Shown one piece after another: positions 23,224 through 36,797 of a DNA stretch of 64,000 nt (position 1 is the first letter of the stretch; each line of letters starts with the position of its first letter). A program made the translations under genes and the position numbers. The DNA comes from Amphiscolops sp. MND2022 (Eukaryota). Location of the stretch: positions 82,586,001 to 82,650,000 of the forward strand of contig OZ076409.1 in the NCBI GenBank assembly GCA_964187785.1. Reading direction: 5' to 3'. The notes beneath the pieces were generated by a model that had not been told where the DNA came from, did not search any database, and saw nothing but the letters and a program-made list of their open reading frames with translations.

Positions 23224-24506
23224 TCGTTATAAAACAAATTTTTGTAGAAATCCATTGTTTACTTCTTGACTTCTTAATGCAGGCCCTCACCATGTACCAT
23301 TCAGTAGATTTGAGTTCAATATGCTGTTTTTGCAGTTTTACATTCGTTAGTTTGATCATAATAATATGAAATATTTTCCTTTATTTTCTATTCAACTGGC
23401 CTCGAAAACAGCAAAACAGATACACCTAGAATTGCGTTTCACCAAAACAGTGCGAAAACTTTTTACAAAAATGAATCTTCTCCTCCTAACACTCGAAAGC
23501 CTAAGCGTAATAAAATGACAGTTTAGTTTCGACCAACAAACTTCTAGTCGTTGAAAATTATCTTCAGCGAATCAGGTTTGATATTAACTCTCTGCTGCTT
23601 ACGTCACAAAACGAGGGCATGGAAGATGGTTTCGACAAGGTTTTCAGGCCGAGCCGACAAAGATTAAAATTTTCAATACCAGCCAGACATTGAACAATGT
23701 CTACTAAATTCGAAGAAAAGTATGTGAAATTGGGAGACACTTAAATGTTTGGAAGCAAGGTTTCCGTTGTGTGAACGTGGGATTTGTGAAACCCATCAGC
23801 AAAAGCGAAAGTTGAATTTCGGAGAATCTATAATATTAAACTGGCTATTTCAATCCGACTGCTATGTACGGTTGAAATTGCATAGGTTGAAATTGCATAG
23901 GATGAAATGTCCTGACACCGATCTGTACAAGGTTTGCGAGAATGAACTTTGAAGATGGTGTCTCGTGTCTACCACTTTCATCGAAAACAAACTGCATAAA
24001 CTTTTGGTAGCGTACTGTAAAACTTGAATGACAACCATAGTTGCCCGTGGGAGGAAATAGTTTTCCGTTAATTGTTTATAAAGTATGAAAATCAGCCGAG
24101 CAGTCAGTATAGGATGCAAAGGAACGGTGGTTCTTCTGACATTGGTATGCCTAGTAAATCAGTATCGTTTGAAACCTTTGAACAGTTTCAGCACCACGTA
24201 AACTTAGAACTGTAAACTAAGTCCACCATAGCTCTAAGTGTTATTGGACACGCTGGTAATCAAAAATTGGTTTCCAGGATGAAATGAGTTGTCAAAAAAC
24301 CGAAAAACTGATAATACGTTTGTGACAAGACGTCATATTATGTATTTATTTACATACGTGCTAAAAAATAGTAGTACTGACATTTTAGTACCAGTCAATA
24401 GTACTACCATTCAACATACATATGCTGACCTATTCACTTACCCTTCATAATTTGATATAGAATACAAGCATTACGTTCTTTTCATACTTATTCGTGAGAT
24501 ACGACA

Positions 24507-24524
24507 TGGCGCAGTAAGTAAGAT
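24507..24524 (+). promoter_or_regulatory. Primer binding site, tRNA-Ser-like
   Basis: TGGCGCAGTAAGTAAGAT directly after the LTR-terminal ACA resembles TGGCGCAGTCGGTAGGAT, the complement of a tRNA-Ser 3' end. Confidence 0.6.
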
Positions 24525-24563
24525 GGAGAGTCAAAAATCGTCAGAAAGCACAAGCTCATCAAG

Positions 24564-27500
24564 TTGGGAAATCCCCGAAAAAGCGAATGCCAAGCAGAAA
24601 AAATTCATCAAAAAATTACGTTACCAACGTTCGAGAAACGACGAATACAAGAGGCAAAACTATGGAGGAGAAGATTTACCCAGTACATAAAGATGACGCA
24701 AGACATCGACCTCAACGAAATGCCAACAGACCGCGAAATATTGCCGAACTACAGAGACGATCTGGAACACCGGATCAAAGATTTATTTATATGGGCACTG
24801 GGCAAGTCAGCGCTAACGGAAATGACAAGAACCGTTAGAGATAATGATTCAAATAAATTGGACATTAACCAACTATATTCACTGTTCCGGTTACACTTCA
24901 TACCGGAACGAAACAATATTCACAGCAGAGCAGATTTCTTTGGGATAACTAGAGAAAAACATGAAACAGCAGAAGATGTGTGGACAAGAATATTACAAGT
25001 GGAAAAAAATTGCGAGTTCGAGAACGTGACACCAGCCGAACTAAAAGCCTCGAAATTTTTCTCTGTAATCGGACTGGCGACTACGAATTGAATAAGAAAA
25101 TTCGAAAAACTGACATGACTATAGAAACTATAACAGCATTAATACAAGAGCACATGTACGACCGATTGAATGAATCAAACAATTCAAACGACGGAAAGGG
25201 AATTAAACATGTGCAAGAACGGCCATACAAGAGAAAGTGGACAGACAAAACCGACCAAGATAAGTCGAAACGAGGACAGGAAAATCAAAGATATAAACAA
25301 AGAGATAACCGATGCGGACACTGTGGCGCACCAAACTGGACAAGACAACACATGTGCCCGGCGAGAATGGCAGAATGCAGAAACTGTAAAAGAAGAGGAC
25401 ACTATGAGAAAATGTGCAGATCCACGAAAAGAGTCCAATACATCGAAAAAACAACTTCATCAGCAGAAGACAACTGGGATTACAACAGAATCCAAAGAAT
25501 AAACGATAACAAACAAAAGAAAGACTTCTACAATGCAACGCTTTTGGTGAACAACGTATCAATCAAATTCATCATAGACAGCGGCTCGCCAGTGACATTA
25601 ATTCCGGAGTGTCTATTCAACGATATAACTACAATCGAACAACTCAAGACTACTTACAAAGAATTGAATTTACTAGACAAACGAACGCACTGGTGAAAAC
25701 AAATGAAAAGACAATTGAACTACTACTACTAATCACGAAAACAAAAACATCACCATTGATGGGATTGGACTGGATGCAACGGCTAAAAATCAACTTGAGT
25801 TCAAACAACGAAGCAATCCGAATCCACAATATAAAATTGGGCAACATGGACAAAAAAATAATGAAACTCCAGAACGTCTTCAAAGATTTGATCTACAACA
25901 ACAAAGAGATAAAAAACCTCTCAGTTAAAGAACAGCTAAAAGAAGGGGCACAAATAATACAGCAAAAAAGAAGACCAATTCCGATACACACACAAGACCA
26001 AGTGGCACTAGAACTAAAACGACTTATCAAACACGGATACTTAGAAAGAGCAACGGAAATGACCGAAGATTGTTTTGTGAGCCCCGCAGTGATTACAGTG
26101 AAAAAAGATAAATTATTAAAAATTGCTCTCGATTCCAGAAAACTCAACGAAGTTACAATAAAAAGAAAAACCCAGATGCCAAATATGGAAGAACTCATTT
26201 CAGGAAAATCAAGAAAGATATCCGAAGGAAAAGAAGGCGAAATTTTGGCCACAAAATTAGATTTCGACTACGCGTATGGGCAGATCAAATTGGACGAAAA
26301 TACAAAAACCTCTGTTTTTCACCGTAACAGGAGGGGACTTTACTGGATACTATCGTTTCTTGAAAAGATTTTACGGACTGGCCAATATACCAACAATTTT
26401 TCAAGAAGGGTAGACACGACAATTGAACACAAACACCAGGCAAGGTTAGACGATATCATTATAGTCACCAAAGGAATTATTGACGAACACGAAATGGAAC
26501 TTCGGGAGACAATGAAGAAATTGGAACAAGACGGCTATAGACTAAACCCAAAAAAGTGCGAATTCTTCAAAAAAAATCGAATGGGTTGGACACAAAATCG
26601 ACCAACAGGGTATACGGCCACTACAAGATGAACTAGAAGCGACTACATAAATCAATATACCAAAAACAAACGGAAAAAGAACAAAATCATTCCTGGGAGC
26701 AATACAATACACATCGAAGTACATCGAAGACCTGTCAGCAAACACAGACGTACTGAGAAAAGTATTGAAGCAACAAAACGAATGGATTTAGACAGATGAA
26801 CACACAAAAGAGTTCAACAAATTAAAATCGGGTATAACCAAAATACCATGCTTGGCACAACGCACAAAACGAAAATAAAATCACCACAGATGCCAGTACA
26901 AAAGGACTGAGGGCACCGTTATGGCAAAAACAAAAAGACGGAAATCTAAAACCAGTCAGTTTCGCAAGCAGATATTTATCGGACACAAGGAAGACATATG
27001 CGATAAACGAATTGGAACTACTGGCAGTAGTGTGGGGATTGGAAAACTTACGGCTATACATATACGGGAAGCCAATAGAACTATTAACAGACCACCAAGC
27101 GCTGGAACCACTCATTAAAAGAAACCGAACGAACAAAACATATATTGCAAGACTAACAAGATGGTTAGACCTCTTGGCTCTTTTCGATATACACATCAAA
27201 CATATCGCCGGAAAACACTTAGCACTAACCGATTATTTGAGCAGAAATCCAATTTCAAAACCAGAACCAATCGAAAATTACGACGAAGAGTATGTAAATA
27301 ATTGCATAATGCCTTTACTTGAGTTCATCAACAAGTATGGCAGCGTCGACAGTCGAAAGAAATTAGAAGCGCGAACGGACCAAAGCGACCAGTGCGAACA
27401 AACCATCAACCAATCAGAGCAAAGCAGACCAAACAAACCGAAGCTAAAAGAGAACAAAGCAACCAAACGCAGTTCATCATTACCACATCCAAATACAGTC

Positions 27501-29460
27501 GATACCAATAAACTCAACGCCATTCAAATCTTTCAAGAAATAACAATGGACGTTCGACGATTAGAACAAATAAAAAAAGAAGACACTTCGGAAGAAACAC
27601 TAAACATGACAACACGCTGGAAAGAATTAGTCAAACCTGGAGAATACAGAACATCAAACGGAGCCTGGAGAAAATATAACCCGCCAAGACATCACAGAGC
27701 AGAAAAAAAACGAATAGAAATGACTTTAAATCAACGAAGAAATAGAATGCTCTGGGACCGCATGGAAGAACAAGACAGAGAAACAGAAAAAGAAACCAAA
27801 CGAAGAAACGAGCTACACCGGGTCATTGAAAAAATTCGAAAAACACCACAAAAACAAGAGAATCAACTGGAAACAAGCAGAGAAATACAAGAACAAGAAG
27901 ATTCGCCAGAAGCAGAGACAGAATCAACAAGTTCAATCGAATCATTGGGCGTCCCCGCAATAAATTTCAAAAAATACATGGGAGCAACCGGTGTCCGATA
28001 TATTCAAATGGGACAAGCCAGCCACGTGCAAGAAGAAAATAAATGGGATTTAGAAGAAACAATTAGACAAGCGGAGCAAAAATTTGCAACCGACCTGAGA
28101 ACAATCGTCAAAGAAACAACCAATGACGAAAAATTACTAAAAACATTATTATGTCTCGAACGAAGAACATTGGAACAAGTCCCAGAAGAAAACAAATCTT
28201 ACCAAAAACAACTATCAACGAGATTCGGTGTGGTATTTTACGATGATCGAAGTATCATCCCAAAATATCTCAGAACAATCATCATAATGTTATTACACAA
28301 AGGACATGCGGCCATAAATAAAATGACAGCGGCAGCTAAACCGTTCTGGTGACCACGACTGGTACGGGACATACAACAGAAATGCGACGAGTGCATCCCG
28401 TGTAAAATGGCAGGTAAGAACTTTAAACCACAATTACCAATGACCGAAATTAATTACATACCACCGGCGGAAAAAACAACCAAGAAATCCAATTGGATTC
28501 CATTGGACCAATAAGATTTAAACACCGGAGATTTTACATATTGATTTCAATAGACCGGTATAGCAGATGGCCGGCGGCATGTATTTGTGAAGCACCCACC
28601 GGAAAAACAGCAAAAAACTTTTTGAAACATTACATAACGCTAAACGGCTTACCACAATCCACAAGAACAGATAAAGGTACGGCCTTTACCGGGGAATAAT
28701 TTAGAGATTTTTGTAAAACACTATTCAAAATACTAATTTACGAAACACCGTATATTCAACCGGTTTGGTTAGAAAGAGCAATCAAAGCACTAAAAGATTA
28801 CCTACGAACAAATCTTGAAGAAGGTTATGTAATAAACGAGGCATTAGGCCGTTAACTTAATGAAATGAGAATGTCGGTCCATTCAAGCATGAAAGAAACA
28901 CCATTTGAGCGTCACTACGGTAGAAAGCCGCGAACGGAAATTCATAACTATTTGAATGTGTCACCTAATAAACAATATAATGTTTCAGCAAGACCAGAGA
29001 CGTTACAAGTGTACTCGTTTACCAACGGAAATGGAACATACGATCAGCTCGAAATCCCCGAGAAAACTAAAGGAAGACGTGAGTCAGAAATTCCCTAACC
29101 TTTTTCTCGAAAGAAAACAAAACAGGGACAAAATCGAAAGTATGTATGAAAACAAACCACAAATGGCTGTAGGCGGAACAAAACATACCATAATAACGGA
29201 CACGAATGAAATAATACATAGGAAAAGAGCAAGCAAACCAATAAACCAAATATTTCAGAATCCCCTATCCCGAAGAGGAGAAAACGCGAGGGGAAAAGAT
29301 GGAAGGTTTACAACAACCGAACAGCAGGAGGAAAACATCAATACAGCGGAACACTCAGAAAGATGCAGCACACCGGTGCTGGAAGAAAGCGTGCTAAACA
29401 ACACACTGACCCCAATGACTCCAGAACTAGACTTGGAAAACAGAACTATCAGCCCACTAA
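24564..29460 (+). pseudogene. Gypsy gag-pol, multiply frameshifted
   Basis: CGHCGAPNWTRQHMC and CRNCKRRGHYEKMC; FIIDSGS; FVSPAVITVKK, LDFDYAYGQ, ARLDDII; TDAS, LTDHQALE; HKGH..CDECIPC, IDRYSRWP, RTDKGTAF. Confidence 0.9.
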
Positions 29461-30533
29461 TAAACCATGTTTCCACTCGAGAAAGTTCATGTTCACGCTG
29501 GCACGGTTATTTTTTCAAGCAAATTCAAAGCTACAATGGGTAATGGCACACAACCAAGTTCAAAATCAGTTTTTTTAGTGAATTTTCCGAAGAAAAATTC
29601 AGCATGCTAAAAACCAACAAAATAATAAGGCCCAGTTTTTCAATGCATACCCAATATGTGTGCCTTCAATGAGTCTTTTTGTTGAACGATGGCCATATTA
29701 TTTCTCCCTTTTCTCGTCCACGAAGACTTTTATGGTAAGTTCCAAACGCGTAAACGTCCTAACTACGATTGAGAAAACGTTAAAAGTAGATCAATTCGGT
29801 CGAGTTGACAATAATTCGAACAGCCCCAATGTTTTTTTCTTGAAATATCTAACACTAAACTATGCTAAATGTATATTCTAAACCCGTACAATCGAACAAA
29901 TTCATTCCAAACTTGCCTTTGAAAAAGGGATGCTAAATAATTCTACAAAAGTCAACTGCTTGATAGACTGAATTTTTATGACATCGACTTCACCTGGTAA
30001 AAAGATTCCCTGGTGAATATATTAAACGGGTATACTATAGTGATAATATTGATTGTTCACACTTATTTGATTAATAAGTAGAGAAAATTGACAGAATGAA
30101 GAGGAAAGTGAATATATTGACCAAGAAACTAACGAATCATTACTGTTAAAATTATCGTGACGAACATCTTTAGTCTCAACGACTCTTCTAAAAGGTCAAT
30201 ATGAAATTTTAGTGACTGAATACTTCTTGAAAATAAAGATTCAAATGCCATCTAGTCTCGTTTTTCATTTATGGAGAGAAAAACTTGGTCTCAGCGGTGT
30301 TAGACACAGATTGAATATTGAAAAAATTCTGACATTAGATGACAATTTGTGAGGCATTTTTTCCTCTTTTGGAAAAGCAAATTTGATAAGCCGTTCAATG
30401 AAAATAGTTAGGAGCCTCATTCAAAAGTCAAGTTAAATCAAAAATCTCAAGAGAAAGCTCAATCCATTATCATCAGTCGGGCTGAGAAATAATCATGAAA
30501 CCCTGAGACTATGACTCATTTAATTTGTGCTAT

Positions 30534-31719
30534 CCCAGTGTAAAGACTCTTGGAACTCTTGGTAAGAATCTAAAATCCACGAAGCTGCAGGATCTTGTAA
30601 GATCGTACCAAGAAATTCAAGAAACCTCATAATTCTTTTTCAAGAGTTTCAAGAAAATTGATGGATTGATTACATTGATCATGGATTAAAACACAGAAAG
30701 GCCTTAACTTTCATTTATTTTGGTTGAAGTTAATGCTCTTAAGTACCGCTAAGATAGAGAATTGGTGACCTGAAATTATTATACTGTATACTACAGTGGT
30801 GTGAAGAAAGAATGCGACTCCGTACAAAATTTTATTGAAATGGAATCAAATCAAAAATTTAACAAAACGTATCCAAAAAAGATACAAAACATACCATTAC
30901 GTAAAAAAATCTGATATTTCGTCGGATAATCTCTTTTTGCAACGACAAGCTGTAATCGTCGAGAAATTGAGTCACTGAGTCATAAGGTTTTACTCTGTAC
31001 TCAACTGTCTACTTTTTTTGCAGATTCTGCTTGTGCCTAATTCCAAAGATCTTCTAGAGTCTCCGGGTGTCTTTTACGGATGTTTTTCTTCAGGACACTC
31101 CACAAATTTTTGACAAGGTTGAGATCTGTGCAGGCCTGCACTTCCTTGGAAAAACTTTCTGAAGATATGTTTGTTTTGTCTCAAGTTCTATTCTACACTT
31201 AGTTAATCAAAATTTGCACAACGCATCAAAACTTGATTGGTCGCATTCGTTCTTCACACCACTCTAAAGTTTATAAATATACAACAGTTCCACGTCTAAA
31301 AAAGACGATTTGATAATTCGTACCAAACATTGTTTTATATAATTAAAAAGTTATGAATCTGATTCAACAAGTTGGCTTCCAAATACTTATAGAAAATTTA
31401 TATAATTTTAATTTCATATACACTAGTTTCTTATTTGATAAATTCGAAATTTCCGTTTGAAGTTTTTTCAAAACAAAAATCGTTCCATCAGAACGCTCAT
31501 GGAAAGTGTTTAAGGAAATGCATAATATATCTCAGACTCGCTAAATGAAACTCATTTCCTGGATATCTTAATAAGAATCTTGGCAAGATTCTTGCAAGAA
31601 TTTCAAGATTTTTTGAAAGAGTAAGACTTTCCAAGATCTTATCAAGAAGGTCAAGAGGTAGCAAGATTTTGTGGGAAAAACCAAGATCTTGGTAAGAAAT
31701 CCAAAGTTTTTACGCTTGG
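30534..31719. mobile_element. Non-autonomous TIR element with CCC/GG ends and 2-bp TSD (CACTA/CMC-like), hosting a nested Tc1 relic
   Basis: Imperfect TIRs CCCAGTGTAAAGACTCTTGGA / TCCAAAGTTTTTACGCTTGG, AT on both flanks, and CTTG/CAAG-rich subterminal repeats. Confidence 0.6.
30794..31264 (-). mobile_element. Tc1/mariner deletion derivative
   Basis: TIR CAGTGGTGTGAAGAAAGAATGCGAC / GTCGCATTCGTTCTTCACACCACTC with TA flanks. The minus strand encodes DLNLVKNLWSVLKKNIRKRHPETLEDLW (SPDLNPIENLW-like). Confidence 0.85.
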
Positions 31720-32109
31720 ATGGTTATGTATTTTAGTGTGCGCTTTGGAAGAAAAGCGCCTGAATCTTACAGTGGGTTGTGTGTTTCTTTAGATAGGTAT
31801 GGCCCACTAATTTGTTAAATGTTCAACGTGATCTACGAATGTCCAAGCATCCAGGAAACATCAGAATTGCGTCCAAAACAAAACCGACGCCCAGAGCCTC
31901 GAAGTTTTACTGAGGATTTCACCTTAGGCTATCTTGTTGTTTTAACTTTTCTTTCAGCACTTTGAGACTTTTTGTCGGAAACTTTTCGATTGCAAAAAGG
32001 GATATTTCACTTTCTTTGATGTTTTGATTGGATATTAAAAAATCTCAAAGGAGAAACTTAATTTCCCCAATTCCGCGAGATGGACGCCGAATAAGCAGTT
32101 CTGCTTTTC

Positions 32110-32646
32110 TAAGTCGGCGCGCTAAGGGTCCCCCCTTTACATTTTTTGGCACTGAGACTTCGTTCAAAAATATCATGTTTCGTTTTTTTTTGAAAAAGTT
32201 TCAATGTCTCCAAAGGGCACACTTCACGTCTTGTTGTTTTGCAGTTGAGAGGATGTTTAAAAATCGCAAATAGTCCTCTATTTCACGTTTTTGGCACTTA
32301 GGGACTGTTCAAAACTCTCACTTTTTGTCGGATATTAGGTTCTCAATAAAACTCCACCGATAGATAATTTTTTAAAATACTATCCGAATTTTGGAGGTGG
32401 AGGTTCGAAAACGTTATATCCGAAATAATTTGCGTTTTACTGAGGAGCTGTGGGATTTTAAAAAGTGCACTCGTCTCAGCACGCTAAATCCAAACTTCTG
32501 AAGCGTTTTCCGAGCACTGAAGGCATTCTTTGGGTGTTTCGAAACTTTTTTGTGAGTTTTTCATAAAAATCGTCCTGAGCATATTGTGAAAAGTTTGCGC
32601 TTTTTGAGCCTCAGGTATAGCGCCGACGTGAGACGTTCCCATCTTT
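32110..32646. mobile_element. HINE/Helentron-like repeat
   Basis: AGTCGGCGC at the left; TTTTTGAGCCTCAGGTATAGCGCCGAC..GACGTTCCC at the right, matching the family ends. Confidence 0.55.
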
Positions 32647-33848
32647 TCATTTGATTGTGTACTTGAAGGTAATTTTCCGAAGTCAAGTTACCCCTTTGCA
32701 TAGAAAGAGCTGTGAAATACTTTTAAAAAGAAAATTATATAGCCAAATTAGGTTTCCTGTATATTATAGGTAATAAGCAACTGTATTCCTTTCTGCTCTA
32801 CGTTGGAATTGTGTATACGTTCATAAAACAAGTTCAGTAAATGAATGAAATTGTCAAAAACTGGTTTTCGAAGGCAAGGACTTGAATAGCTATTACGCTC
32901 ATGCCTCGTTTTTTTGGATGTTCATTCGTGAGACTGTTGTATTGGAAATTGCGACATTGTTTTTCACGCTTAAAATTTCTTGAGCAATTGCCTAAGCCAG
33001 GAACAGTCCCTATTCAAAAAATGTTTTGAACCAAAAAAGGTCTTCAATTTAAATTCTTACATGTTCTGATGAGGTCAAATTAGTGTTTTTAAAACTATTT
33101 TTGATAACTATAAAAAACTGCATCGTCAAAAAATTGTCTACTTAGCATAACTTCACCGAATCGAAAAGAGATCTACCGAGAAGATGACTATGTATTGGGT
33201 ATGACTTTTTCGTTTCTAACCCAAATAAATTTTGCTGAAGTTATCTGTTGATATTGATCAGACAGACTCAAGAACCTAATAAAAAACTATGTTGTCAGTG
33301 GCTTAGCAAAAAAAATTCATTTCACTTCACATTTTTGATGCTTTTGAGAGTGGTTGCGGCAGAAATTATGTCGCAACAACCTTTTCAAGTTTTTTTAATA
33401 GCTTCTGACTATGAACTCGACTTTATTATTCGCAGTTCTTGGAAACTACAGGAAACAATTTTCAGCACTGACTCAGATTGCCCAGTCTTTTCATCTTTCT
33501 GATCAATTTCTTTAGCGGGAAAAGTATCTTTTTTCATCATTTTTTTTCAGAGAGCATTCAGAAAACAACTTCCATCGCCTACGGAAACATAATCAGATTA
33601 AGTGGTGGTAACAAATGTTGGGTACCAATTTATTGAAGCCCAAGAGTGATTCTTTTAATTTGGAAGGAATGTGGTGACTTTAGGAAGGCGGATCCCGTAT
33701 GCTGTGCAGAGATAAATTATATTGATCGCTACAAAGATATAAAATAGAGGAAGAAAAGAACAGAAGTTTTTCGAAAGCTGTACTAGAAAAGATTAAAAGG
33801 CAAAATATCTTTTTAAGAAGGAGTGGAAACATCAAAGAAATCAAATCA

Positions 33849-34041
33849 TTTTAGAGTAATGTGTATGTTTCTCTGACACACAAAAAATCCCAACATTTTC
33901 TTGAGAGTTGAGTGGGTATTTTTAACACGAAACAAACTGGAGAGTTTTAGAGTAATATGTATATTTCTCTGACACACAAAAATCCCAACATTTTCATAGG
34001 AGTTTACTCGGTATGTAACACGAAACAAACTGGAGAGTTTT
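33849..34041. repeat. Tandem duplication, two ~96-bp units
   Basis: TTTTAGAGTAAT..TTTCTCTGACACACAAAAA(A)TCCCAACATTTTC..AACACGAAACAAACTGGAGAG occurs twice. Confidence 0.85.
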
Positions 34042-36126
34042 TGTCTTCTTTAAACACTTCTGTCCATTTTTTAATTAGCAAAAACTCTTCAATTTGTAGA
34101 ATCCAGGAGACCGAGTTTGTGGATGAAGCTTCGGATTCTTGAATAATTAAATTGAGTTAAATAAAGTAGTTGACCAGAGCAGAGACAAAAATCTGGAGAA
34201 CCTTAAAAAACCCCTGTGTACAGACAATACTTGTATTGTAGAGCTTTGCTAGGACATATCTTTGATGAAACTTCTTCTATATAGGGGACTGATTTTACTC
34301 CATTAGAGAATCAGTGTTAACTTTGCCAATTCTTGATGTTGATTTCAACGAGTTCAGTGGTTGGAAACTTGCAATAACCCCATTCTATAGAGTTGAAAAA
34401 ATAATGCTTCCCAGAAACTTGTGGGAAAGTTTGGGGTTGTTGACTTGGAACTCAAACTAATGGAAAACGTTATTGAGGAATGAATGTGTATTGATGAATT
34501 TGAATGAATTGAAGTTTGAACTAACTGTCTTTTACTACAGGCTCTCAGGCAAATGGTTCTCAGTTTAATCTGAGGGTTAAACAGTGGGCAGGTACTTATT
34601 TATAAAAAAGTGTCGTCATTTACTTCAATTAGATTTCTTTCACTATCACAGGGGTCTAGTATTTCCTCAGCGCAAAACGTTTAGGCAATTCTAGACCGTA
34701 AATCTCTGACATGTGTGAATCACGTGACCGACTGTAGGTTATAAAATCAATTGAGTGAAGGGTATAGCGTCTCCATTACTGACCGCATTACTGTAAATAT
34801 GATGAATAGCAGTTGTGTAGGAAAAATGATTCCGACATTTCACACATTTGTAAATTTATTATTTATGAGCTAGGTTCTAATCTTCCTCGTTCGCATTCGC
34901 CAGCATGGTATGAATTCACAAAAGTTGTTACCATTACTTTTATCAAGTGAAGCAATTTTGTTCATGCCTGCTCTAAAATATAAAATATACATTAGAAAAC
35001 TAATTCGCTTACTGAAGTTGAGTTTAGCTTCTTAGTTGTAGTTGCAATTTTCGTAATCTAATGAGAACTCGGTATTAATGTCGAATTATGAATTTGAGCC
35101 AGTTTAGAGACATCAGAAATTCGAATTGCTATTATAGAAAGTTAAAGCTCCGAACATCATACTTTTTCAAAGTTTTCCATTTAAAAAATTGATGACGGAA
35201 GTTTGTATTCTTACTTTGCGAAATCGCTCAGAACGACTAAAAAACGATATTGACTTATCATTGCATTCGATATAAGTTGTGTCGATAAAAATGAAGATAA
35301 AAATTCAACATTTTCTTCCGTCCCTTGGGAATTCTTATGGCCCGTATTTTCAAATGAATTTTGTTCGATTCTATGAAATCCTGTGTAAAGCTCAGTTCAA
35401 GGCTTTGGAAATGCATGCAATCAGCAATTCTTTTTGATACAATCTGAGATTCGGTGAATGATTTCAAACTTTGATTTTGCCATAAAAGGAATCTTTCAAG
35501 GCATAATTCTCCCACATGTCAAAAGCTTCAAAATTAACGTCAGCATCTTTTAGAAACTTTCGAAATTGGTCTTGATGACTGTCTTTTTGACTGAAGTTGA
35601 CATCAACAACCGTTAAATGAATAAGAGCTTTCGTCAATATGTCCAAAAGATCAACTAACACAAAACATGTAATTGAACACGACTGAGATGTTTGGCATTC
35701 AAATTGCCATCTAAAGTGTCACTGCGGAAAAAGAAGCGAGCATCCCATGGTTGAAGTATTCAGTCAACACTCCTGCTAATTTGCATCCGGAAAATTCCGA
35801 TATCCGTCCAATTCGCTGACGATCGAGCGCCTATTAATGTGGCCTGATGTTTTGTCAGCCGGTTGATTGTATTTCCTGTTTTCACTGCAACTTAGTTGGC
35901 CTCTGGCGCTGCGAATTGGACGAAATTTACTGCATTCTTGATTTCGACATAATTCTCACGTTACTTCTTTTCGTGAATAAACTTTTTTAAAGAAGTAAAT
36001 TAATTTGTCAGAATGAAAAGCCACTCAAAAGAAGGACTTACAAATGTATAACCACAGTTATAAACAAAGAATCAATCAAATTAATACATGAACGAAAAAT
36101 TGATCAAGAATGTCAAGTTTAAATGA

Positions 36127-36797
36127 AACAAGCCGGGACCGGCCCAAGTCGGCGCCATATCCAAGGCTCAAAAATAGCAAAAAGACTTCCAAGTGTCAAG
36201 TACTCTTTTACAGTACTCGAAAATGGAATTTTTTTGAAAAAAAATTTCGAAAAAAATTACATACTTAAAAAAATGGACCGAGTGGCGCGCCTGGGCTCGC
36301 TAGCGCGAGCCCCTAGCGCGCTAAAGTCTCACAATGCCGAAAAACTGAAAGGGTGGACCCTTTGAGGTTTTTCAACATCCATTCTATCGCAAAACATGAA
36401 AAAATTGAAGAAAACAAAAATTTTCATTTTCGGGAAAAAATCTCACAATGCCGAAAAAAAACTGAAAGGGGGGACCCTTTGGGATTTTTTAACATCCATT
36501 CTGTCGCAAAACATCAAAAAAATGCAGGGGGGACCCTTAGGGGAAAAATTTTTCGAAAAAAAAGTCTCGCAGTGCCGAAAAAAATGAAAGGGGGGAGTCT
36601 TTGGTCTCGCCCGGTATGGTATGTTACGCGGAAAAACAGGAAAAACCTTTTTGGTTCAGTTCGCTAGACCAAATAGTGCATTTTGATGCAATAATATTTT
36701 GTAGAACTTTTGTAGAACTATTTTGGTCAGTTCGTGTGGATAGAAAAAAAAAGAGTCACTATAATAGTCGCGTTTCACTTCATGAAGCGCCGACTAA
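36127..36797. mobile_element. HINE/DINE-1-like (Helentron-associated) non-autonomous element, best-preserved copy
   Basis: AACAAG + hairpin GCCGG-GA-CCGGC + subTIR AGTCGGCGC at the left. AGTCGCGTTTCA..TGAAGCGCCGACT-AAAAA at the right. Internal tandem TCTCACAATGCCGAAAAA..GAAAGGG..GACCC units. Confidence 0.7.

Larger units (their letters stand above)
24321..29470 (+). mobile_element. Ty3/Gypsy LTR retrotransposon, decayed; 3' LTR not found
   Basis: Putative LTR TGT(24321)...ACA(24506), then PBS, gag with two zinc knuckles, and protease-RT-RNaseH-integrase order. Confidence 0.9.

Noticed and set aside
23291..23359. LTNVKLQKQHIELKSTEWYM + GTGAG as LGIC exon 2
   Set aside because: No suitable phase-1 acceptor, and similarity is weak.
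35258..35661. Possible hAT dimerisation-domain relic
   Set aside because: Only vague similarity (SLELSFT); no TIR or TSD found.
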